Assembly (NCBI GenBank): GCA_004298625.1
Contig: SCSY01000200.1
Span: 1-32,502, forward strand
Source of the DNA: Nitrospirota bacterium
Lineage (GTDB): Bacteria; Nitrospirota; Thermodesulfovibrionia; Thermodesulfovibrionales; UBA1546
DNA: 32,502 nt
Direction of reading: 5' to 3'
The notes beneath the pieces were generated by a model. The model was not told the origin of the DNA and did no database searches. It worked only from the letters and a program-made list of their open reading frames with translations. Each line of letters opens with the position of its first letter. The stretch's first letter is position 1. Made by a program: the position numbers and the translations under genes. This document shows positions 7,632 to 14,409 of the stretch, in pieces.

Positions 7632-8992
7632 TGGAACATAAGGCAAAAATACTTATCGTTGACGACGAACAAATTGCTTTAAAAAACCTGGAACATATCA
7701 TGCAGAAAGAAGGGTACAGCGTCGTGGGAACTCAGAGAGGCCCGAATGCCCTGAAGCTTATTGAAGAGCAGTGGTTTGATGTCGTGCTTACGGACCTGAA
7801 GATGGAAAAGGTTGACGGGATGCAGATATTGAAAAAGTGCAAAGACCTTTATCCCGACACAGAGGTGATAATGATAACCGGATATGCAAGCATTCAATCT
7901 GCTATTCAGGCTATTAAAAAAGGGGCTTATGATTATATTGCAAAGCCGTTCAAGCTTGATGAAGTAAGAAAGGTAGTCAGGGAGGCGATAGAAAAGGTAA
8001 GGCTCAAAAAAGAGAACGCACAGCTCAGAGAGCAGATAGAAAAATTCGAGGGCAAGGTCAAGATTATGACTCAGGATCCTTCAATGCACAGGCTGCTTGA
8101 GACAGCGCGGCAGGTAGCCCCCACAGACTGCAACGTTGTCCTTACAGGAGAAAGCGGGACAGGGAAGGAGATGTTTTCCCGGTATATCCACTATCATAGC
8201 GCCAGGGCAGAAGGCCCTTTCTTTGCAATCAACTGCGGCGCATTTACAGAAGAACTCCTATCCAATGAGATCTTCGGACATGAAAAAGGCGCATTCACAG
8301 GCGCAACCGCGCTTAAAAAAGGGCTTATAGAGATGGCATCAAAAGGGACCCTCTTCCTCGACGAGATAACGGAGATGCCTTCTTCCATGCAGGTAAAGCT
8401 CCTCAGGGTTATACAGGAAAAAGAGATGTTAAGGCTCGGCGCAACCGAACCGGTTAAGGTTGACGTTAGATTCATAGCCGCGACAAACCGGGACATACAT
8501 GATGCGATCAAAAATGGAGATTTCAGGCAGGACCTTTTCTTTAGATTAAATGTGGTTTCACTGCATATCCCTCCCCTGTCGGAGAGAAGAGATGACATAC
8601 CGTTGCTAAGCTATTACTTTTTGAAAAAATATGCAGCCCTCATGAAGAAAGAGACCGTTGAGATATCCCCGGATGTAATAGCCATATTAATGAACTACGA
8701 TTTCCCCGGTAATGTAAGGGAGCTTGAGAATATCATCGAAAGGGGCGTTGCGCTCTCAAACAACAATACAATAGAGATAGCTCACCTTCCGGAAGACCTG
8801 AAAGAACTGAGCATAATGACATTCAGGAAAAAAGAGGGGAAGATCCCTTCGCTTGAAGAGCAGGAGACAGCCTATATAAATTGGGTATTAAAGGAAGTCG
8901 GGGGAAACAAGACCCTCGCCGCCCAAATACTCGGCATAGACAGGGTCTCTCTCTGGAGAAAACTCAAGAAGTTCGGGATGGAAGAAGACTGA
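7631..8992 (+). CDS. Sigma54-dependent response regulator (REC, AAA+, Fis-type HTH)
   Basis: REC domain (ILIVDDE...VLTDLKM). Walker [15 protein letters not shown] loop (EKGAFTGAT). Arginine-finger region and C-terminal HTH (NKTLAAQILGIDRVSLWRKLKK). The ATG overlaps the kinase stop (TGATG), and AGGAGA lies 4 nt upstream. Confidence 0.92.
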   Translation: MEHKAKILIVDDEQIALKNLEHIMQKEGYSVVGTQRGPNALKLIEEQWFDVVLTDLKMEKVDGMQILKKCKDLYPDTEVIMITGYASIQSAIQAIKKGAYDYIAKPFKLDEVRKVVREAIEKVRLKKENAQLREQIEKFEGKVKIMTQDPSMHRLLETARQVAPTDCNVVLTGESGTGKEMFSRYIHYHSARAEGPFFAINCGAFTEELLSNEIFGHEKGAFTGATALKKGLIEMASKGTLFLDEITEMPSSMQVKLLRVIQEKEMLRLGATEPVKVDVRFIAATNRDIHDAIKNGDFRQDLFFRLNVVSLHIPPLSERRDDIPLLSYYFLKKYAALMKKETVEISPDVIAILMNYDFPGNVRELENIIERGVALSNNNTIEIAHLPEDLKELSIMTFRKKEGKIPSLEEQETAYINWVLKEVGGNKTLAAQILGIDRVSLWRKLKKFGMEED

Positions 8993-8998
8993 AATGCC

Positions 8999-9481
8999 TT
9001 AAGGCGAGTATCTCCCCTTTAGATGAGGTTTCTTCAATGCATCGGGAAGGATAAACTTCACGCGGTCTTCGATCTTGTTTTTCTTAACAGCTATTGCCAG
9101 TTCCCAGCGGCCTTCTCTCTTAAGGTCAAGGCCTGAGACAATATAAAGACCCTCGCCCTTCTCCTTTATTGAAATAGCGCCCGGAGCCGTCTCGCCTGTG
9201 TCGAGGTTCTTATGAGTTATTACAAGTTTTGCTCCCTCGACATCGGCGTCATTATCGCCATGTACGACTATGCCGACCACATTTTCCCCAATCTTATACT
9301 CCTTCTCATCGGGCAAGACCTCTATACTGAAGGCAGCAGCCCCTGTGATAGCGAACAGGGTCTCCTGAAAATGCTTTGTAAATAGTTTTTTCCCCCCGCT
9401 CTGATTTTCGTGTGCGGATGCCTGCATAAAAATGCAGAAAAAAAGCGCCAGACCTGTCAGTCCCGATAAAAGAGTTTTCAT
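8999..9481 (-). CDS. Secreted Ig-fold protein, YtkA/FixH-like (tentative)
   Basis: 160 aa. Signal peptide MKTLLSGLTGLALFFCIFMQASA, then a beta-rich domain (...GAKLVITHKNLDTGE...GEGLYIVSGLDLKREGRWELAIAV). The family call is by resemblance only. Confidence 0.4.
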   Translation of the reverse strand: MKTLLSGLTGLALFFCIFMQASAHENQSGGKKLFTKHFQETLFAITGAAAFSIEVLPDEKEYKIGENVVGIVVHGDNDADVEGAKLVITHKNLDTGETAPGAISIKEKGEGLYIVSGLDLKREGRWELAIAVKKNKIEDRVKFILPDALKKPHLKGRYSP

Positions 9482-9551
9482 CGTCTCCTCCTCAGCGTGA
9501 GTTGTTATGAATAGTATAGATGAAATTAAAGCGGGTTACAAAATAAGTGGT

Positions 9552-10454
9552 TCAATAACTAATGTAGACCTTCACTACAAGCACGGCGCACTCTGCATGG
9601 CCGATGACGCGCTCTGTGACGCTTCCCATTAAAAGCCTTGCAAGACCTGTCCTTCCGTGGCTTCCTACGACAATTAGATCCGCTCTCTTCTCTTTTGCGG
9701 CTTCCAGAATTGCTTCGTAAGGCCTTCCTGCACAAACAAGCCCCGTGGTTTTTATACCTTCTTTTTCAGCAAGTTCTTTTACTTTCTTAACGTTCTTTTC
9801 GCCTTCAGCCAGTTCTCTCTCGACAATGGAACCCTTCTGCATCTCGGAGTGGACGATATCAAAGGGGGACATCGCCTCGGAAGGCACGACAGATATCACA
9901 GTAAAAGCAGCCCCGCAGAGTTTTGCGATATTTATCGCCTCAGCGGCCGCAGCATCGCTGAATCTGGAACCATCAGTTGCCACGAGAACGCTCCTGAATT
10001 CAAGTTTTGCCGCACGCGGCACAACAACCACATTGCATGGAGCATGACCGATGACGCGCGCTGTTTCGCTTCCCATCATGAGTCTCTTGAGGCCGGTTCT
10101 TCCGCGCCTCCCCATGATTATCATGCTAACATTATTTTTCTCTGCCTCTTCGATAATATATTTATAAGGCTCATCTCCCTGGCGGGCAATAATTTCGCAC
10201 TGAACGCCTTCTTTTTCCGCCCTTGACTTTACTGCTTCAAGATGTGTCCGTGCCTCTTTCTCCGCCTTTTCAACAAGCTGGGGCGCAAGCGTTTCATATT
10301 CAGGATTTGTTTCTATGACAGAGACTGCTATAAGCTTGCTCGAACACGATTTTGCAAGGCTTATCGCCTCCCTTATCGCTCCCTCGCTGAATTCAGAACC
10401 GTCTGTCGGTAAGAGAAGTTTTTCAGGTTTTGATGTAGGACATATCTGAGCCAT
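9552..10454 (-). CDS. Tandem-domain universal stress protein (2 x UspA)
   Basis: 300 aa with two USP halves. Each ends in the ATP-binding motif G(R/S)(R/H)GRTGLxRLxMGSxxxxVIGHAxC. Confidence 0.88.
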   Translation of the reverse strand: MAQICPTSKPEKLLLPTDGSEFSEGAIREAISLAKSCSSKLIAVSVIETNPEYETLAPQLVEKAEKEARTHLEAVKSRAEKEGVQCEIIARQGDEPYKYIIEEAEKNNVSMIIMGRRGRTGLKRLMMGSETARVIGHAPCNVVVVPRAAKLEFRSVLVATDGSRFSDAAAAEAINIAKLCGAAFTVISVVPSEAMSPFDIVHSEMQKGSIVERELAEGEKNVKKVKELAEKEGIKTTGLVCAGRPYEAILEAAKEKRADLIVVGSHGRTGLARLLMGSVTERVIGHAECAVLVVKVYISY

Positions 10455-10487
10455 ATTAAGCCTCCTCTGCAGAAAGGATGGGTTAAA

Positions 10488-10946
10488 TTATTTTTTTGCC
10501 TTTATCGGGACTACAAGCACCTGACATGGAGCATGCCCTATTACCCTTGAAGCAGTGCTTCCCATCATAAGCCTCTTAAGCCCTGTGCGGCCGTGGCTTC
10601 CCATGATTATCATTTTTACTTTTTTCTTTTTTGCCTCTGAGATTATATATTCATAAGGGTCTTCTCCCTGGTGGATTATTATCTCGCAGTCAACCCCTTG
10701 TTTTTTCGCCTTTGCTTTTACTGCATCGAGATGCTTCCCAAGTTCTTTTTCGGCTTTTTCGGTAATATCGGGCAAGAGGGCTTCATATTCAGGATTAATT
10801 TCAATAACCGAAAGCACGTATAATTTGCTCGAGCATGCCTTTGCAATTTCGACTGCCTCGTTCAAGGCTGCCCTGCTGAATTCAGAGCCGTCTGTTGCTG
10901 CGAGGAGCTTTTCAAACCCGGGAGTCGGGCATATATTTTTTGCCAT
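10488..10946 (-). CDS. Universal stress protein (single UspA domain)
   Basis: 152 aa. By eye it shares many identical positions with the N-terminal half of the neighbouring tandem USP, e.g. ...SVIEINPEYEAL... and GSHGRTGLKRLMMGSTASRVIGHAPCQVLVVP. Confidence 0.88.
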   Translation of the reverse strand: MAKNICPTPGFEKLLAATDGSEFSRAALNEAVEIAKACSSKLYVLSVIEINPEYEALLPDITEKAEKELGKHLDAVKAKAKKQGVDCEIIIHQGEDPYEYIISEAKKKKVKMIIMGSHGRTGLKRLMMGSTASRVIGHAPCQVLVVPIKAKK

Positions 10947-11389
10947 CAGTGTCCTCCTGCCTTAAGTATACCACTGGCGGCGAGGGTAAGCACCGCTACT
11001 TCGAGTATCGCTATCACTACGTATGGTGTATCCCTTTTTCTTATGAGGATAGGAAGTATCACAAGATAGCACAAAATGCTCAGGCCCCCAAGCATTGCTA
11101 TCCCTACAAAATTAAGATAATCGCCCTTGCCTACCAGGGATACCCAACCCCAGCCGTGCGGAACTTTGAATGCCTCGTTAAACTCATGCGCCCTCATGCC
11201 CCAGTACGGCACATTTGAACCCTGCGGAATTTCTGAAAGTTTTTCGATAGGCACATAACTCGGCAGCGCTCCCGAAACATATATGATAAATGTAACGACA
11301 AGCAGGGCAAGCCCTACCCACATCCCTATATTTAAAACACCTGCATATGCAAGCTGCTCTTCCGATGCCTTTGGTTTATTTTCTGTCAT
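10946..11389 (-). CDS. Small membrane protein, DUF1634-like (usual partner of TauE/SafE permeases)
   Basis: 147 aa with about four hydrophobic helices. It lies directly downstream of a TauE/SafE-type permease. AGGAGG RBS at 11400-11395. The family call is from memory. Confidence 0.55.
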   Translation of the reverse strand: MTENKPKASEEQLAYAGVLNIGMWVGLALLVVTFIIYVSGALPSYVPIEKLSEIPQGSNVPYWGMRAHEFNEAFKVPHGWGWVSLVGKGDYLNFVGIAMLGGLSILCYLVILPILIRKRDTPYVVIAILEVAVLTLAASGILKAGGH

Positions 11390-11412
11390 TTATTCCTCCT
11401 GTATTCAGCCTT

Positions 11413-11439
11413 TAGCTATCAGCTGTCAGCTAACAGCTA
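11413..11439 (-). other. Intercistronic hairpin built from AGCT(G) units
   Basis: tagctatcagc-tgtca-gctaacagcta. There are 11 stem positions. On the sense (minus) RNA, the two non-Watson-Crick positions become G-U/U-G wobbles. On the plus strand they are A-C mismatches. Confidence 0.45.
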
Positions 11440-11441
11440 TT

Positions 11442-12428
11442 TTATTTCCAGATTTCGAGACCCTTTAGCAATGCCCTCGTACCTGCAAAAAGCAGAAGTC
11501 CTATAACCATCCATTTGATCGCCTTTGGCTTTGCCTTTGCAAGTATCTTAACGCCTACGATCGAGCCGAGCATTATACCGACAATGGACGGTACAACAAT
11601 CATCGGCAATACAGCCCCCTGGTTAAGATAGACCCATGCCGCAGAAGTGTCTGTTATCGAAAGCAGGAACTTGCTTGTTGCAACGGATATCTTCAGAGGC
11701 GCGCCCATCAAAAGATTTAAAACAGGCACATTCGCCCATCCGGCTCCGAGGCCGAACATCCCTGCCATGATACCTATTATTATAAAGAGCGCCAGCCCCT
11801 GAGGGGTCCTGTGGACATTCCATTCGACATCCTTGCCGATGGACTCCTCCCTGTAAATTCCCGTTATGTGCAAGGCCTGCGAAACCTTGTCGGGATTGGG
11901 GACCTTTGGGAAATCTGATTTTTTTGCCAGGGCCATAATCGCTACAATAAACAGGATCGTAGCTCCGAGAAGGATGTTGACTACGTTTGGTTTAAGGGCA
12001 AGGCCGATCATCGCGCCGACGATCGCAGCTGCCGACGCAATAAGCGCAACAGGAAGCGCCAACCGAAGGCTCGCCAGGTTTCTTTTCAAAAGGCCCGGCC
12101 CGGCCGCGAGTGCGCCTGCGAGAGCAACAAGAAGCCCGGCGCCCCTCACGAAATCAATATTAAAAGGAAAGAACCCGCCGATAATCGGCACAAATAAAAC
12201 TCCGCCGCCTACTCCGCCGAGAACAGCGAGTATCCCGAGGACAAACGTGACAACGAACAGGACGAGCGGCCAGACCCACCACGGAGTGGTCGAGGCAGGG
12301 GCTGTTTCAGCAACCGCCTCCTTTACTGCCTCCTGCGCCTCTGAGCCGAAAGCAGGCAGGCTCATGAACAGGGCGATAAGACAAACTGCAGCTATGAAAA
12401 TTTTCAAAAGTCCTTTGGAATTACTCAA
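11442..12428 (-). CDS. TauE/SafE (TSUP) family anion permease with an N-terminal signal/extension
   Basis: 328 aa. Polytopic, with G-rich helices (LGGVGGGVLFVPIIGG..., GMFGLGAGWANVPVL) typical of TSUP/TauE. TTG start with GGAGGGGG 8 nt upstream. Confidence 0.8.
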   Translation of the reverse strand: MSNSKGLLKIFIAAVCLIALFMSLPAFGSEAQEAVKEAVAETAPASTTPWWVWPLVLFVVTFVLGILAVLGGVGGGVLFVPIIGGFFPFNIDFVRGAGLLVALAGALAAGPGLLKRNLASLRLALPVALIASAAAIVGAMIGLALKPNVVNILLGATILFIVAIMALAKKSDFPKVPNPDKVSQALHITGIYREESIGKDVEWNVHRTPQGLALFIIIGIMAGMFGLGAGWANVPVLNLLMGAPLKISVATSKFLLSITDTSAAWVYLNQGAVLPMIVVPSIVGIMLGSIVGVKILAKAKPKAIKWMVIGLLLFAGTRALLKGLEIWK

Positions 12429-12501
12429 TCTTTTCCCCCTCCTTGATCCAGAAGTATTGTTTCATTTAGCAATATGGTGTTTATTAATTGAAACGGTATA
12501 T

Positions 12502-12530
12502 ATATTAACTCCGCGCCTTAAAAGGGTCAA
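12502..12530 (-). promoter_or_regulatory. Putative sigma70 promoter for the TauE-DUF1634-USP gene string
   Basis: On the minus strand: TTGACC (12530-12525), a 17-nt spacer, then TAATAT (12507-12502). Confidence 0.4.
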
Positions 12531-12569
12531 GGGAAAGAAGATATTAAATTTTTATGGGATTATAAGAAT

Positions 12570-13481
12570 TTATGAGGCATTAATGTTTCTCTTCTCCCAC
12601 CAGTTGTAATATCTTTCCCCTATAAGAAATGTAATCGCTGTAAGGCCGAAGCCGGCTATCACATCCACAACATAATGATAACGGCAATATACTGTTGAAA
12701 TTATGAGAAGCGTCACAACCGGAAGATATATGAGAAAAAGCCGCCTGTTATATCTGTATGCAAGAAAGAGCACTGTTAAGGCAATGCCTGTATGCCCGCT
12801 CGGGAATGCGTCCCGTTTCACGCCTTCAAGTCTGTTAAGAAGATTCTGAATCGGCTCTGCTATCAAAAAGCCTCGGAGTTTCTGAGTCTGTAGGTGGTCG
12901 AGAGTGAACCTCGGACCTATTGCAGGCCAGATTATGTAGCCAATGTATGACAAGTAAAAACAAAAGAGAATAAGAAACAACGACCTGTTAAACTCCTCCC
13001 TTTGATCATTCTTTATCAGAACTATGCCGAATATTACAGGCAGGAAATAGTATGTCGAATATGCAATCTGGAGAATATCGGTAAGGAGCGGATTCATTAT
13101 CGCCTCAAGCATGACAGTGGGGTGGTTCCCGAAAATCATGTAATCGAGCTTTATAAGCAGAGGGTCTATATCAACGGGATTTATATAATGGACAATCCAG
13201 CCAAGGCTGTCAAAGATGATAAGCACGGTTATTACCGGAAAGATCAGGTCGTAAGTGAATCTTAAAAATCTGTTTTTATCCTTTGCCTTGATGAGGATGA
13301 ATTGCGTAATAAGCAGTGAGCTGTATATTGAAATTAAGAGCAGCCTGTTTGGAATGGCAGAGTTGAATGCTATTGTGAGCAGCAGCAAGATGCCCACAAA
13401 TACCACTGTCAGCGTATCAGCAGGTCTAATCTTAAATATCATTCTCATTTTCTCATCCAATGTTTTAAGAGCAGGGGACAA
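12570..13481 (-). CDS. PAP2-superfamily membrane phosphatase/phosphotransferase
   Basis: 303 aa and polytopic. PAP2 C2/C3 motifs are FPSGHTG and CRYHYVVDV. The start is uncertain: TTG 13481, or the first downstream in-frame ATG (the M of MRMIFK, 11 codons in). Confidence 0.75.
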   Translation of the reverse strand: MSPALKTLDEKMRMIFKIRPADTLTVVFVGILLLLTIAFNSAIPNRLLLISIYSSLLITQFILIKAKDKNRFLRFTYDLIFPVITVLIIFDSLGWIVHYINPVDIDPLLIKLDYMIFGNHPTVMLEAIMNPLLTDILQIAYSTYYFLPVIFGIVLIKNDQREEFNRSLFLILFCFYLSYIGYIIWPAIGPRFTLDHLQTQKLRGFLIAEPIQNLLNRLEGVKRDAFPSGHTGIALTVLFLAYRYNRRLFLIYLPVVTLLIISTVYCRYHYVVDVIAGFGLTAITFLIGERYYNWWEKRNINAS

Positions 13482-13527
13482 TCTTCTCGCTCATTCTCGG
13501 CCGTTCCGACCTCATAGGATTTTGTCT

Positions 13528-13582
13528 CACCCCCTTTTAGTTCCCCCCTTGCTAAGGTGGGAATTTAAGAGGGGTGGTTTTT
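13528..13582 (+). terminator. Terminator-like hairpin plus T5 on the plus strand, with no plus-strand gene upstream
   Basis: cacccccttttagttcccccctt-gct-aaggtgggaatttaagaggggtg followed by ttttt. The stem has 23 positions with about 4-5 non-Watson-Crick pairs. The T-run is only on the plus side. Confidence 0.3.
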
Positions 13583-13644
13583 GGTCTATCGGCAAAATAA
13601 ACCGCTCAAAGAAAGTCCCCTGCTCTATGCTAAATATAATATTG

Positions 13645-14103
13645 TTATAGCTTATTCATCGCCCTTCTCTTTGCTTTTTCTTTTTTAGAAAGTTTTCTTG
13701 AACTGCCTTTTTTCTCTGATTCGTATTCCTCTTCCTCCAGGAGCTCAAAATCGCCCGAATCAACCCTTCCTGATCTCTCAAGGACATTTTGAAATTCTTC
13801 TGAGGATACAGCGACAGAGCCGCATCTCCACGCATGGTCTGTTATCTCCCTGTCGGATGAGATAAGGATCCACTGTCTTTTACCGGATGAGATAATCCTC
13901 TTAATAACAGAATCGGCTTTTTCTCCAAGCCTCGAATAGATAATTCTTACCCCGCCTGCCACGGATTGATTCTCCTCACCGCTTCCGCTTTTCCATCCGT
14001 CGAATACAACAGTGATTTCATGCCCCTTTATTTTCCTGTATTCAGCAAGCTTCTCCACAAGCCTCTGCCGCTCTGCCTCAAGGTCTTTATGATGTATGCC
14101 CAT
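13645..14103 (-). CDS. YacP/Rae1-like NYN-domain ribonuclease (N-terminus probably extends to 14136)
   Basis: 152 aa from the first ATG: ...ITVVFDGWKSG...RIIYSRLGEKADSVIKRII...ILISSDREI is YacP-like. The in-frame upstream codons read IASIIIDGYNL-M, which is the conserved (L/I)xVDGYN strand of this family. See findings. Confidence 0.75.
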   Translation of the reverse strand: MGIHHKDLEAERQRLVEKLAEYRKIKGHEITVVFDGWKSGSGEENQSVAGGVRIIYSRLGEKADSVIKRIISSGKRQWILISSDREITDHAWRCGSVAVSSEEFQNVLERSGRVDSGDFELLEEEEYESEKKGSSRKLSKKEKAKRRAMNKL

Positions 14104-14182
14104 TAAATTGTAACCGTCTATTATTATAGAAGCTATCGCACACCTCCGATTCTGATTATTATAACCAAAACTTTATTATTTC

Positions 14183-14370
14183 GACCGAAGGCAGGGCTTG
14201 ATTGAGCGATATTAGAGATTTTTCGTTGACGATCTTAGCGAATAGAGTGTTCACCGCAGGCGGAACAGCCGCAACTGTCTGAGCGAAGCGAGTTTTGCGG
14301 CTGTAGCGAAATGAGCTTTAGAACGACAGAAAAATCTCTGCCGGTAGCGAAACCCGCCCTGCCTTCGGTC
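14183..14370 (+). ncRNA. Candidate structured RNA (6S-like rod or protein-sponge RNA), or alternatively a MITE-like palindromic element
   Basis: Three nested perfect stems: 14183-14197/14356-14370 (15 bp), 14214-14224/14329-14339 (11 bp) and 14265-14274/14295-14304 (10 bp). A symmetric 16x16-nt internal loop is present. AGCGA occurs six times on the plus strand only. The strand call rests on the motif asymmetry (GCGA fits a GNRA loop). Confidence 0.3.
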
Positions 14371-14409
14371 TATATCAATCCGCGCCAGCCCAATAAGTTA
14401 TAATAAATT

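Noticed and set aside
6950-7672. Long antisense ORFs in the track (for example 6950..7672, 8194..8598, 11866..12609, 21543..21959, 29626..30225, 5400..5783)
   Set aside because: Each lies opposite a gene with strong family motifs and has a low-complexity or S/P/C-rich composition typical of shadow frames. None has an independent RBS or motif.
13609-13620. AAGAAAGTCCCC, reminiscent of the RNase P RNA CR-I motif GAGGAAAGUCC
   Set aside because: The whole intergenic region is only 163 nt, too short for RNase P RNA. The other conserved regions are not present, so this is probably a chance match.
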